Source: an uncultured bacterium
Lineage (GTDB): Bacteria; Planctomycetota; UBA1135; GCA-002686595
Direction: 5' to 3'
DNA length: 64,000 nucleotides
Assembly: GCA_943787795.1 (NCBI GenBank)
Contig: CALSNU010000006.1
Coordinates: 96,001 to 160,000, forward strand
A program made the translations under genes and the position numbers. The notes beneath the pieces are model-generated. The model was not told the DNA's origin. It ran no database searches and worked only from the letters and a program-made list of their open reading frames with translations. The first letter of the stretch is position 1. The number at the start of each line of letters is the position of its first letter. Positions 37,730 to 47,878 of this stretch are shown here, one piece after another.

Positions 37730-38638
37730 ATGACTGACCTCAAGCTCATCGTCACGCACCCGGGCGGTGCTCACAAGGACGACCTCATCGCCACATGCGT
37801 TCTGATCGCAACCCATGGTTGCCCGGTGGAGCGACGTGACCCAACGCCCGAGGAACTCGAGGATGCCCATGTCGCTGTTGTCGACGTCGGGGGACGGCAC
37901 GATCCGGCGCTGCACAACTACGACCACCACCAGTTCCCTCGAGAGCACGAGCCCACCTGCGCGCTCAGCCTCGTCCTTCAGCGGATGGACCTCTATCGCG
38001 ACGCCCTCCAGTTCTGTGACTGGCTCGAGCCGGCGGAGTGGTTCGACTCGCGCGGACCCAAGAAGACCGCCGAGTGGCTCGGCGTCCCTCGGGCAGCCAT
38101 CGGTCAGCTCAACTCGCCGGTGGACATGTCGCTCCTGCGGCACTTCGCGTCCCGGCCGCGGCATGTTCCAGGCGAAACGGTGCACGACTTCATGCGAGTG
38201 GTCGGGGAAGACCTTCTGGCCTACCTCAAGGGGGTTCGGGAGGACATCGAGGCGGTGCGCGCCAGGAGTGAGCGGTGGACGGTCCAGGCCGGGGACGCCA
38301 CCATAGGCACCGTCTTCCTCCCGCGGAGCGACGAGCTCCCCCGCGAGCCGTCGAACGGTGTCGCCCGGTTCATCCGGGCCACCGGGATCGAGTCCGAGAT
38401 CGGCGCGATGGTCTACCCCGATCGGCGAGCCGGGGGCTACGGCATCAGCCGCTACGAGGATGATCCTCGCCTTGACTTCTCCCGCGTCGGCGGCGAAGCG
38501 GACGTTCACTTCGCGCACAAGAGCGGGTTCATGTGCAAGACCTCGGCGACAGACCCCGAACGCCTGCGCGGGCTCATCGCCGGCGCGGTCGTGGATCCCG
38601 CGGGTCGGGACAACTCGACCCTCCCCTCGCCCGGCTAG
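37730..38638 (+). CDS. MYG1 family (DHH-like) metal-dependent hydrolase/exonuclease
   Basis: THPGGAHKDD, VDVGG, YDHHQ and FAHKSGF motifs. Confidence 0.85.
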   Translation: MTDLKLIVTHPGGAHKDDLIATCVLIATHGCPVERRDPTPEELEDAHVAVVDVGGRHDPALHNYDHHQFPREHEPTCALSLVLQRMDLYRDALQFCDWLEPAEWFDSRGPKKTAEWLGVPRAAIGQLNSPVDMSLLRHFASRPRHVPGETVHDFMRVVGEDLLAYLKGVREDIEAVRARSERWTVQAGDATIGTVFLPRSDELPREPSNGVARFIRATGIESEIGAMVYPDRRAGGYGISRYEDDPRLDFSRVGGEADVHFAHKSGFMCKTSATDPERLRGLIAGAVVDPAGRDNSTLPSPG

Positions 38639-38897
38639 GGGGTCATGGCCCGGCGATGGCCATCAGACCCGGTGGCGGGCTTGGGCGCCGGGTCTGGGCG
38701 CCGGGATCAGGGGGGGGCCGGCTCTCTGCAGGCCTTCCGTCTCGCCTCCCGATGGAGGTCGCCGCCTCGCACCCCATGCCGGCGGCGCGCTGGCCTCAGG
38801 TGGGGCCGCACAGGCTCAGCGAGGATGGGTCGGTTGAAGCCGGACGATGGAGCCGCGGGCCCCGGGGGAGCACCACTTCGCCAAGGGGTGCAGCAAG

Positions 38898-39002
38898 GCC
38901 GTGAAGCAGAAGCCGTGAAGCAGAAGCCGTGGAGCAGAAGCCGTGGAGCAGAAGCCGTCGAGCAGGGCCGTCAAGCGAGACCGTCCAGCAATGCCGTCGA
39001 GC
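38898..39002. repeat. 14-bp tandem repeat (GCCGTGRAGCAGAA) x4 decaying into four 13-bp degenerate copies
   Basis: Read directly; between convergent genes. Confidence 0.9.
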
Positions 39003-39045
39003 GCGGGCGGCGGTCGACCCGCGTCGGCGCCAGTGGTGGCCGGTT

Positions 39046-40146
39046 CTAGTTGGCTTCCAGGACGAAGAGGCGGACCCGTTCGGCCGCCCGGGCGGAGTGC
39101 AGTGGGTCGGTGGTGTCCGAGGAGCGCCGGTGGCTGGCGGGCGCGTCGTGGATCTCCGTCACCACGAGGCCGGCGGCCTCCGCCATCTCCTCCACCGCGT
39201 CGTCGGCTCTCAGGCCCAGTCGTTCCGGCAGGTCGGAGAGGATGAGGGCGGCCTTGCCGTTCGCATTCAGATGGGCCTTGACTCCCTCGACGAACCGTTG
39301 AACCACGCGGCCTCCCTCATCAAACACCGTCCGATCCAGGCGGGTGCGGGGCGTCTCTGGGATCCAGGGCGCATTGAAGACGACCCAGTCGGCCCGCGCT
39401 GAGGCGGGGAAGAGGTCGACGCACTCGGCGGTGAACCGGCTCTGGAGGTCGAGCTGGTCGGCGTTCATCCTCGCGCAGCGCACCGCTCGCTCGTCGACGT
39501 CCGTGCCGAGCGCTGACGTGGCGCCGGCCTGGAGAAGGACAAAGGCGAGGACCCCCGTGCCGCAGCCGACGTCGAGGACGGACCGGCCCTTCACGTCGAG
39601 TCGGGACACAAGGTCCACGTAGACGCTCCGGGTCGGCGAGAAGACGCCGTAGCTCGGGGTGAGGCGGCCAGTGAGCCCCTTGACCTCGATTCCCTTCCTG
39701 GTCCACTCAGCGGCGCTGAGTGCGCCCTGGAGCGCGTTGAGGGCGACGAGCCGCGGGCCCTCGGCGGCTCCCCATGCGAGCTCCACGGCGACCCGGGTCT
39801 CGGGCGCCTGGCGCATCGCCAATGAGCCATCCGGCTCGACCTGGACCAGCAGTGACCCAAGCAGCTCGGCCATCTCGCGCGTGGCGCCTCGCTCGGCCCG
39901 CCAGCGTTCAGCGAGGTCGTACTCCGAGGACGTCACGGTGGCCCGCCGGAGCCGACGCTTGAGCGCCGCCAGCAGGGCCGTGCCGTTCCTGTAGTCCCCC
40001 TCCCAGAGGAGCGCGTCCCCCGCCCTGAGCAGGTGCAGCGCCGCGTCGGCAGAGAGCGTGTCGTCCACCCGCGTGACTTCACCGGGGGCGGGGGCTCCGG
40101 ACTCGGAGATGAACGCGGCCTCGCGGCCGTCGGAGAGGGTGAGCAT
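39046..40146 (-). CDS. Class I SAM-dependent methyltransferase (HemK/MTS-like)
   Basis: YGVFSPTR, VLDVGCGTGVL and VFNAPW (NPPY-like). Confidence 0.88.
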   Translation of the reverse strand: MLTLSDGREAAFISESGAPAPGEVTRVDDTLSADAALHLLRAGDALLWEGDYRNGTALLAALKRRLRRATVTSSEYDLAERWRAERGATREMAELLGSLLVQVEPDGSLAMRQAPETRVAVELAWGAAEGPRLVALNALQGALSAAEWTRKGIEVKGLTGRLTPSYGVFSPTRSVYVDLVSRLDVKGRSVLDVGCGTGVLAFVLLQAGATSALGTDVDERAVRCARMNADQLDLQSRFTAECVDLFPASARADWVVFNAPWIPETPRTRLDRTVFDEGGRVVQRFVEGVKAHLNANGKAALILSDLPERLGLRADDAVEEMAEAAGLVVTEIHDAPASHRRSSDTTDPLHSARAAERVRLFVLEAN

Positions 40147-40517
40147 CGCCCCACCCTAGGGCCGGCGCTGTCCGCGCGCCTCCCCTTCGCGGCGGTGATC
40201 GAGGGAACTGGGTCGCGTGGATCCGGTTGATGCACGCCTGCGGGAGCGGGCATCGTGGCGTCGCCCCGCCGTCAGCGGCGATGGGGCGGCTCCACCTCAC
40301 CGCGATCGTTGCCTGCGCGAGGCCGGCACCGCGCTTTGACGGGCGCGCGAGGTGAGAACTGTGGCGGCGGTATGGAGTCAGCGCGCCGGTGAGATTGGTG
40401 CACCGCTCTGCCTTACTGGACGGGCTCGTTCGGCTCAGCAGGGGCGCCTCCGAGGGCGGCGCTCGGTTCCCCTCCCGCGGGGCCTCATGCGCCGTGGTAG
40501 GCTGCGCGCTCCGAGCG

Positions 40518-41000
40518 ATGCAGGATCCTGATGACGCCATCCTCTCCGTGCCCGATCCGGCGGAGGAGGGGCATGGGCGCCCGCGTGGCGCAGACCGACG
40601 GCGAGGGCCGACGCCGATGTTGTCGCGCTATTGGCTTGGTGGACGGCGCAGGGGGGGGCGACGTGAGGGCGAGGTGGGCTCGATCTACGTGGATCGATAC
40701 ACGCGGCAGGAGGTTGGGCTGGTGGTGTGGATCGGCCTGGCCGCCATCCTTGACCTCTTCCTGACGCTCCGGCACGTCGCGGCGGGAGGTGGAGAGGCGA
40801 ACCCGCTGATGAACTGGGTGCTGGAGGACGGCGGGCCCAGGCTCTTCGGGCTGGCGAAGATCGCGGTGACCTTCAGCGCGACCCTGTTCCTCCTCCTGCA
40901 TGTGCGCTTCCGCTTCACGCGCCCAGCGCTTTGGGGCCTCAGTGCCCTCTATGCGGCGGTGATGGGCTATCACGTGGTCGCGTACCTCGACCGCTCTTGA
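40518..41000 (+). CDS. DUF5658 family membrane protein
   Basis: GRRRGGRR..E...IYVDRY, LDLFLTL and GGGEANPLM motifs; 3 TM segments. Confidence 0.75.
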   Translation: MQDPDDAILSVPDPAEEGHGRPRGADRRRGPTPMLSRYWLGGRRRGGRREGEVGSIYVDRYTRQEVGLVVWIGLAAILDLFLTLRHVAAGGGEANPLMNWVLEDGGPRLFGLAKIAVTFSATLFLLLHVRFRFTRPALWGLSALYAAVMGYHVVAYLDRS

Positions 41001-41264
41001 TGCGGCGGGCTGCGGTGGACCGGATGTGCGCCGCCGGGCGAGGTGGACTTCGCCCGCTGGCGCCTGGCGGGGACTCGATGGGCATGGGGTAGGCACCCTT
41101 GCCATTCGGCATTCCATAGGCGAGCGTGGGGCGGCGGCGGGTGCCTCATCCCCTGGCCGCCAGGTGGAAGCCCCGTGCCCCCCCCTCTGGTCGCGGCGGG
41201 GGTCCCAAGCCGCGCTGATTGACTCCGCGCTCACCGTTCAGCCCAGTCCCCCGCGGACGCTCGC

Positions 41265-42509
41265 TTGAAATACGACGTCTTCTTCTCCATCTCCCAAACC
41301 CCGGTGGCCGGCGAGACGCCCTCCGAGGCGGAGATGTTCCGGAACTTCTTCGAGCAGGTGGAGGCCGCGGATCGGCTCGGCTACTCGACGGCATGGATCG
41401 CGGAGTCGCACCTCTCCAGCGAGGTACAGAAGGTCCACGCGGAGCCCGTCATTCCTCACTGGGAGGGCGAGGTGGGGCTCAACACGGACATCCTCCAGCT
41501 GGCCACGCGGATCTTCGCGCGGACGGATCGAATCGAGGTGGGGAGCGCGGTGCTGAACCTCCTGGCGAATGGCGGCCCGATCGCTCACGCGGAGCGCCTG
41601 GCGGCCTTCCTGGCCTTGCATGGGCTGGAAGAGGGGGAGGTGCGGCGTCTGCGGATCGGGTTCTCCAGCGGGCGCTTTGAGTTCATCAATCGCGCCCATG
41701 GGATCGTCCCGCGCGACGAGCTGGAGCGCCTTGCCTGGCCCGCGCTCCGCGGGTGCGTGTTCGCCGAAGCCTGCGAGATCTTCCTCCGGCTGATTCGGGG
41801 GGAGGTGCTCTCGAGCGACGAGACGCAGCCGACGATGCTGTCCCGGGAGAGCTTCAGGTCGGAGGAGCTCTGGGCGCGGGTGCGGGACGAGGCCGCAGCG
41901 TGCGGGGCGCTGGATTCGTCGGGGCGAGTGGCCGTGCCGCGGCGCTGGACGTTTGACGCCATGAAGGTGGTCCCCCAGGACTTCCGGCTGGAGCTCCTGG
42001 ACCTGGTGCTCGGGAGCCGCGACCCGGACCTGCAGGTGGCGGTGAATCAATGGCTCCCGGTCAAGGTCTTCAACCTCTCGATCACGCCAGGGGAGGTGAT
42101 CGAGGCGACCCACGCTCGGATGGCCGAGAGCTTCCATGGGGACGGTGGGACGTGGACCCGGGCCCACATGCCCAGGACCGTGATGGTGTTTCTCAACGAA
42201 CAGGCCGACCTGACCGTCGAGGAGCGGCGGAGCGCGGCTGCCGAGGAGGCGCGGTCCGCGCTCAGCGCGTACTGGACGGCCCTTCAGGGCACGCTGGACC
42301 CCGCGGCCCTCGAAGAGGCGGCCCAGAACGCGGTGATCGGCGACGCCGCCGCCGTGGCGGAGCAGGTCAGGGAGAGGTATCACGATGAGGATTGCCTCAT
42401 GCTCTGGTTCGACTTCTTCAATCACGACAGCGCCCGGGTCGTTCAGAACATGCGGGCCTTCATGGACAAGGTCGTCCCCCTGGTTGAGGGCGAGGGGAGT
42501 CATCGGTAG
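41265..42509 (+). CDS. LLM-class (luciferase-like) flavin-dependent oxidoreductase
   Basis: QVEAADRLGYSTAWIAESH, RTDRIEVGSAV, PIAHAE, RLRIGFSSG and C-terminal MRAFMDKVVP. Confidence 0.88.
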   Translation: MKYDVFFSISQTPVAGETPSEAEMFRNFFEQVEAADRLGYSTAWIAESHLSSEVQKVHAEPVIPHWEGEVGLNTDILQLATRIFARTDRIEVGSAVLNLLANGGPIAHAERLAAFLALHGLEEGEVRRLRIGFSSGRFEFINRAHGIVPRDELERLAWPALRGCVFAEACEIFLRLIRGEVLSSDETQPTMLSRESFRSEELWARVRDEAAACGALDSSGRVAVPRRWTFDAMKVVPQDFRLELLDLVLGSRDPDLQVAVNQWLPVKVFNLSITPGEVIEATHARMAESFHGDGGTWTRAHMPRTVMVFLNEQADLTVEERRSAAAEEARSALSAYWTALQGTLDPAALEEAAQNAVIGDAAAVAEQVRERYHDEDCLMLWFDFFNHDSARVVQNMRAFMDKVVPLVEGEGSHR

Positions 42510-42612
42510 GGCCGCCGTGGGGGCCGGGGGGGGGGTGCCGAGAGGGGTGAATCGGACGTGAGTGAGTTGGAGGCAGCGCGCTGGTCCGAGGCCGTCTCCG
42601 GTGCCTACGGCT

Positions 42613-42690
42613 CAGGGGGCCTGGTGAGGGGGCCGGCGAGGGGGCCGGCGAGGGGGCCGGCGAGGGGGCCGGCGAGGGGGCCGGCAGGGG
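42613..42690. repeat. 12-bp tandem repeat (GAGGGGGCCGGC) x5 plus degenerate flanks
   Basis: Perfect copies at 42626-42685; intergenic. Confidence 0.95.
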
Positions 42691-42844
42691 TCGCCGCCGC
42701 GAGCGCCCCATGAGGCCGCGAGCAGGACCTCGGGGGTGGGCTCCAGGAATCCGCGGATGGGTCGGGAGCCTGGGAGCGATCGGGGGCTCGGCTCCGTATC
42801 CTCGGCGGTCCGACGCGGCCGCAGCGCCTGCGCCAGGACCTCCA

Positions 42845-43771
42845 ATGAGCTTGCCCAGCACCAATGACGGCCCCCGCCCGCGTGAGGCTGGCGGGACTTC
42901 GGGTCTGACCTCCGTGAGCCTTGATGTGGACCGGGAGTGGTTTCCCTACCGGGTGCTCCTCTTCTGTGTCCTCGCGGAGATCGCGATCTTCGCCCTGGAC
43001 TACCTGGTGAACTACGGGCGTGCCTCCGATATCAGCGATGTCCGCAAGATGTTCTCGACCACCTCCGAGGAGGGGCTCGGGTCCTACTTCGCGGTGTCGC
43101 AGACCCTGCTTGTCGCGTGCACCCTGGGCGCCGTCACTTACGTGAAGCGTGCCAGCGGGGCCTCGCGCTGGGTCTGGGGAGGGTGGTTGGTCCTCGCGCT
43201 CTTCTTCGCGTACATGTCGGTGGACGACGGCGTCAAGATCCACGAGCGCATGGGGACGGTCTACAAGGTCGTTCGTGAGCGCTCCAACCTGCCCGTTAGC
43301 GAGTACCCGAGCTACTTCTGGCAGATCCTGTTCCTGCCGTTCTTCGGGGCGATGGGGCTGTTCATGCTCGGCTTCCTCTGGGTGCAGCTGGGCGACCGGC
43401 GCTCTCGGATCATGCTGCTGCTTGCGCTGACCCTCTTGGTTCTGGCGGTGGGCCTCGACTTTGTCGAAGGCCTCTCCAAGGACCACCCGGCGAACCTGTA
43501 CTCCCTGATCCTGGACCGCTGGGACCTCGAGGAGTACACGCGCGGCCGCTTCAAGCGCTCCGCGTTCGACACCCTGCGGCACTTCTCCAAGTCGATCGAG
43601 GAGATCTTCATGGAGGCCCTGGCCAACTCTCTCCTCTGGTACATCGTGCTCCGACACCTCGTATGCAGCTGGTCGGAGATCCGGGTGCGCTTCGTCGACG
43701 GTGCGGCGCCCGCGGTGGTGCCTTCGGCGCCCGCGAACGAGGGGGATGCCAAGGTATCCTCAGACGCCTGA
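42845..43771 (+). CDS. Multi-pass membrane protein of unknown function
   Basis: About 7 TM helices; conserved-looking YMSVDD...IHE and IEE..E motifs; start uncertain. Confidence 0.75.
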   Translation: MSLPSTNDGPRPREAGGTSGLTSVSLDVDREWFPYRVLLFCVLAEIAIFALDYLVNYGRASDISDVRKMFSTTSEEGLGSYFAVSQTLLVACTLGAVTYVKRASGASRWVWGGWLVLALFFAYMSVDDGVKIHERMGTVYKVVRERSNLPVSEYPSYFWQILFLPFFGAMGLFMLGFLWVQLGDRRSRIMLLLALTLLVLAVGLDFVEGLSKDHPANLYSLILDRWDLEEYTRGRFKRSAFDTLRHFSKSIEEIFMEALANSLLWYIVLRHLVCSWSEIRVRFVDGAAPAVVPSAPANEGDAKVSSDA

Positions 43772-43977
43772 CGGGGTGGACGCGGCCCCGTTGGCTGGTC
43801 TCGGACCGCCGGGCAGAGCCCCGTTCGCGCGGTCAAGCCAGGACGATCACGCCCCCTCTTGGCGGCGGAAGGGCCCCGCAGATGGCTGCCAGCCGCCACG
43901 GGGGGCCCCCTGGCCATGGGAGCTCGGGTTCCAGCCCGGGACGGCATCCGCGGGAGACGGGCAGCGAATACTGAGGC

Positions 43978-44964
43978 ATGTACGCCAGTGTCCCCGCGCT
44001 CCTCGCGCTTGCCTTCTCTTGCCTTCCGCCGACGACGATGCTCCGCCCCGATGAGAGTCCCGGGCCGCTCCCGCCCCTGGGAGCGCAAGTCCTGACGTCG
44101 TTCGAGGACAATGATTGGGGCTGGTATCGCGTGCTCGACGGGGTCATGGGGGGGCGCTCCTCGGGGCGCTTCGAGCTCCGGGAGGGGCGGTTGGAATTCA
44201 GGGGGGTCCTGAACACCAATGGCGGCGGCTTCGCCTCGGTTCGGTCCCGCGCGCGAAGCGTCTCGCTCCGGGGTCAGGAGGGCCTCCGGTTGAGGCTGCG
44301 CGGCGACGGTCGCCGCTACAGTATTCGCCTCAGCCAGAGCGGGTTGCGGAGCGGCGTGACCTATCGAGCGGACGTCGAGACGGTGCCCTCCGCGGCCTCC
44401 GATGCGGTGAAGCTGGGCCCCTGGCAAACGGTGTGGCTCCCCTTCGCGAGCTTCGAACCCCAATGGAGGGGGCGGCAGCTGGACCTTCCCCCGCTTGACC
44501 TTGATCGCGTGGTGGGCCTTGGGCTCACGGTGGCCGATGGGGTCGATGGCCCCTTCAGGGTAGAGGTCGACGAGATCGCGGCATATCCGCCGTTCGATCT
44601 GGCGCAGCTCAAGGGCGAGCGCAGCGCGCTCGTGGTCATCGCTCCTGTGCCAGGCCACTCCGGCGCGGCGCGCTGGGCGTCGGCCTTCGAGCGAATGCAG
44701 GACGCGGCGCCAAAGGCGGACGTGGTCCTGGTCCGTGCGGCTGGAGAGGGCGACGCCATGGTCGAGGCGAGAGGGCTGAACCGGCGCGAGGTCAGGGCGC
44801 TGCGATCGGGCCTTGGGTGTGATCCGGGGACCTTCATGGTCCGCCTCGTGCGGATGGACGGGACGGTGGAGTCCGTTGACACGGAGTCGGTTGACCTCGC
44901 TCGCCTCTGGGCCGCCAGCGGATCGCCCGAGGGCGGCGCCGGGGCCGCGCAGGGGCCTCGCTGA
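43978..44964 (+). CDS. CIA30 family protein with a C-terminal DUF4174-like extension
   Basis: W..V.DGVMGGRS, NGGGFASVR, RGDGRRY and LPFASFEPQWRG motifs. Confidence 0.85.
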   Translation: MYASVPALLALAFSCLPPTTMLRPDESPGPLPPLGAQVLTSFEDNDWGWYRVLDGVMGGRSSGRFELREGRLEFRGVLNTNGGGFASVRSRARSVSLRGQEGLRLRLRGDGRRYSIRLSQSGLRSGVTYRADVETVPSAASDAVKLGPWQTVWLPFASFEPQWRGRQLDLPPLDLDRVVGLGLTVADGVDGPFRVEVDEIAAYPPFDLAQLKGERSALVVIAPVPGHSGAARWASAFERMQDAAPKADVVLVRAAGEGDAMVEARGLNRREVRALRSGLGCDPGTFMVRLVRMDGTVESVDTESVDLARLWAASGSPEGGAGAAQGPR

Positions 44965-45079
44965 GGCCGTGGGACCCGAGCCTTGACGGCGTGAGGCACC
45001 CCGTTCGGCGGCGTGGGCAAGTGCCACCGGCCTTCCACCGGCAAGGGCCGGCCACGATGCACGGCGAGGGGGTCCGGTC

Positions 45080-45152
45080 GCTGGATCAGCCTTTGTGCTG
45101 GATAGGCCTCTGTGCTGGATAGGCCTCTGTGCTGGATCGGCCTCTGTGCTGG
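45080..45152. repeat. 17-bp tandem repeat (GCTGGATAGGCCTCTGT) x4
   Basis: Read directly; intergenic. Confidence 0.93.
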
Positions 45153-45636
45153 GCCGGTCCCTGGACTCAGCCGGGCTTGAGTCGGGTTGGCCCATGAACA
45201 CGGCGGCGGATGGGCGGAGCCGGCGGCTGGCTCCGGCGAGAGCGCCCGTGGCACCATGGGGGACAGTCCTCTGCGATCCCGCGGGGGCCCCCGCTGTTCG
45301 TGCTGCGGCGTGGGTCGGCGCGCACACGGCAGCATCTCACGGCCCCGGTCGACCATCTCGGGGCCCAGCCTCTCGGAGTGGACGGTCTGGGTAGGCGTTG
45401 GCCGGAATCTGGACAGCCAGTGGCGGAAGCGGCCGCCGCCACCGGGGCCATCCGTCCTGTACAGCGGGCTGCTAGAATCTCTCTCCGAGCCCTGACACGC
45501 GGGCACCGTGCACCTCCTGGGAGGTTGTCCTTCAGCCCCCGCGCGGCTGTTCGCCCGAGCGCTGGCTCGGGACCGAGGCCCCATCTGGGGCTGCCGCGCA
45601 GCGCATGGATCGATCTGGCCTTGCGCGCCGCATACC

Positions 45637-46326
45637 ATGACCCTCGCTCCGCTCTCGCCGATCGTTCGAAGCCATCTGGCGCACTCGTACCCCCGGAATC
45701 ACGCCTACTTCATCGCGGGGGGGCGGCTGGTTCCGCGGTGGCGCCTGTGGCGACGCTACCGCCGCATCAGGGCGCTCTATCCCGTGGGCTTCAAGAGCCT
45801 CGTGGACCTCTCGGCGAGCAAGGGGTGGTTCTGCCTCCACGCGGCGCAGCGCCTCGAGGCGGAGCGCGTGCTCGGGATTGACCTGCACGAACCCGACCTG
45901 GCTGCGTGCCGTGAGGTGAGGGATCACCTCGGTCTCGAAGGCATGCGATTCGAGGATCTGCGCCTCCACGAGGTGCACTCGAGGCTCGACGAGTTCGGTG
46001 GACCGTTCGATGTCTCGCTCGTCATCAACCTGTACCACTACCTCTACTTCGGCAGCCGACGGGCGGAAGATCACTACGGGAGCCACGAGGAGATCTTCGA
46101 GATGCTGCGCGGGATCACGGGGAGGGCTCTGATCCTCAGCAACTGCACCGAGGTCGACCACCTGCCCCGACACATGCAGGTGCTTGCCCGCGAGCAGGGG
46201 CGCGCCAGCGACTACACCTCGCAGAGGATTTGGGACGCCGCGGAGCAGTGCTTCGACATCTCGGACCACGGCCGGCTTGGCAAGCGCCCCCTCTGGCGCC
46301 TGACCCCGAGGATTGGCGGCGCCTGA
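45637..46326 (+). CDS. SAM-dependent methyltransferase-fold protein
   Basis: SLVDLSASKGWF (motif I variant), VLGID and FDVSLVINLYHYL. Confidence 0.7.
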   Translation: MTLAPLSPIVRSHLAHSYPRNHAYFIAGGRLVPRWRLWRRYRRIRALYPVGFKSLVDLSASKGWFCLHAAQRLEAERVLGIDLHEPDLAACREVRDHLGLEGMRFEDLRLHEVHSRLDEFGGPFDVSLVINLYHYLYFGSRRAEDHYGSHEEIFEMLRGITGRALILSNCTEVDHLPRHMQVLAREQGRASDYTSQRIWDAAEQCFDISDHGRLGKRPLWRLTPRIGGA

Positions 46327-46440
46327 CCCCGAAGATCGACGAGGCTTGACCCCGAAGGTCGATGGGGTCTGATGCCCAGCTTGAAGGAGTCTGATGCCCA
46401 GGCTTGGGGGAGTCTGACCCCCAAGCTCGAGAGCGCCTGA
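46298..46440. repeat. Degenerate ~23-bp tandem array (G[CT][CT]TGA[CT][CG]CC core) x6
   Basis: Units start at 46298, 46321, 46344, 46367, 46389 and 46412; overlaps the stop codon of the preceding gene. Confidence 0.8.
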
Positions 46441-46618
46441 TGGCCTGATCCTGACCGAGCGTGACGGACCGCCTCGCGCCTGGACCCGCAGAGAGGGAGC
46501 TGGCGCTGAGCGTTTGGCGCTGAGAGCGCGAGGGCTCGCGAAGCGCGTCGCCAGTGGGCAAGGCCGCGTCACACGGCCACGTGGACAGGCGGGGTAGGGT
46601 TCTGTTAGGGTGCCCGGC

Positions 46619-47878
46619 ATGGCCATGGACACCCACCAGAAGCTGAAGGTCCTCGCGGACGCCGCCAAGTACGACGCGTCCTGTGCGAGTAGCGGCGCCA
46701 AGCGCTCGAACAAGGGCAAGGGCCTCGGCAACGCCACCGGCTCCGGCATCTGCCACAGCTACACACCGGACGGCCGCTGCGTCTCGCTGCTGAAGATCCT
46801 CCTCACCAACCGGTGCATCTACGACTGCCGGTACTGCGTGAATCGCGTGTCCAACGACGTGCAGCGGGCGGCGTTCACGGTGGAGGAGGTGGTCCGCCTC
46901 ACCATCGAGTTCTATCGCAGGAACTACATCGAGGGACTCTTCCTCTCCTCCGGCGTGGTCGGTGATTCGGATCGCACGATGGATCTGCTCGCCGAAGTGG
47001 CGCGGCGGCTCCGGGAGGACGAGGAGTTCCACGGGTACATCCACCTCAAGGGTGTCGTGGGAGCCTCGGACGAGGCGCTGGCCAAGGCGGGCCGCCACGC
47101 GGACCGCATCAGCGCCAACGTCGAGCTGCCGGTGCAGGAAGACCTCAACAAGCTCGCCCCAGAGAAGTCGATCGAGGAGGCGGAGGGCGCCATGGGGTTC
47201 TTGAAGTCCGGCATCGACCGCTCCAAGGAGCGCGGCAGAAGGGCGCGGCCCCCGAGGTTCGCCCCGGCAGGTCAGAGCACGCAGATGATCGTCGGCGCCA
47301 CGGCGTCGACGGACTCGACGATCCTCGGGACGGCCAACCGCCTCTACGACACCTACCGGCTGCGGCGGGTGTACTACACGGCCTACAGTCCGATTCCCAA
47401 CGCCCACCAGGACCTCCCCGCGGAGACGCCTGAGCTCGTTCGCGAGCATCGGCTCTATCAGGCCGACTGGCTGCTTCGCTTCTACGAGTTCGGCATCGAG
47501 GAGGTCGTGACCCGCGACGATGGCAACCTCGACCTCGAGGTGGACCCGAAGATGGCCTGGGCGCTCGCCAACCGCGCGTTCTTCCCCGTGGACCTCAACT
47601 CGGCACCTCGCGAGGCGTTGCTCCGCGTCCCCGGGCTCGGGACGCGTTCGGTGGCGAAGATCCTCAAGGCGCGAACTCGGCGCCGACTGCGCGAGGCGGA
47701 TCTGCGCGAGCTCCGCGCTCCCGTGAAGCGGATCATGCCCTTCATCGTCGCGGCTGACTCCTGGAGCGCTGCGGCCAAGCGGCTGGATGCCCCCGGACTG
47801 CGCGCAGAGGTGAAGCCCCCGAGCCAGCAGCTCATGCTGTTCGAGGCCTCGACATCGGCCGCCACGGGACAGGTCTGA
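46619..47878 (+). CDS. Putative DNA modification/repair radical SAM protein (TIGR03916-like)
   Basis: ADAAKYDASCASSG, GICHSYTPDGRCVSLLK, CIYDCRYC, GLFLSSG, GQSTQMIVGA and REHRLYQADWLLRFY; HhH motif LLRVPGLG. Confidence 0.95.
   Translation: MAMDTHQKLKVLADAAKYDASCASSGAKRSNKGKGLGNATGSGICHSYTPDGRCVSLLKILLTNRCIYDCRYCVNRVSNDVQRAAFTVEEVVRLTIEFYRRNYIEGLFLSSGVVGDSDRTMDLLAEVARRLREDEEFHGYIHLKGVVGASDEALAKAGRHADRISANVELPVQEDLNKLAPEKSIEEAEGAMGFLKSGIDRSKERGRRARPPRFAPAGQSTQMIVGATASTDSTILGTANRLYDTYRLRRVYYTAYSPIPNAHQDLPAETPELVREHRLYQADWLLRFYEFGIEEVVTRDDGNLDLEVDPKMAWALANRAFFPVDLNSAPREALLRVPGLGTRSVAKILKARTRRRLREADLRELRAPVKRIMPFIVAADSWSAAAKRLDAPGLRAEVKPPSQQLMLFEASTSAATGQV

Noticed and set aside
46298..46440. Possible mini-CRISPR (conserved half plus variable half)
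   Set aside because: The period is only ~23 bp, the repeats are degenerate, the variable parts are ~12 bp and related to each other, and no cas genes are present.
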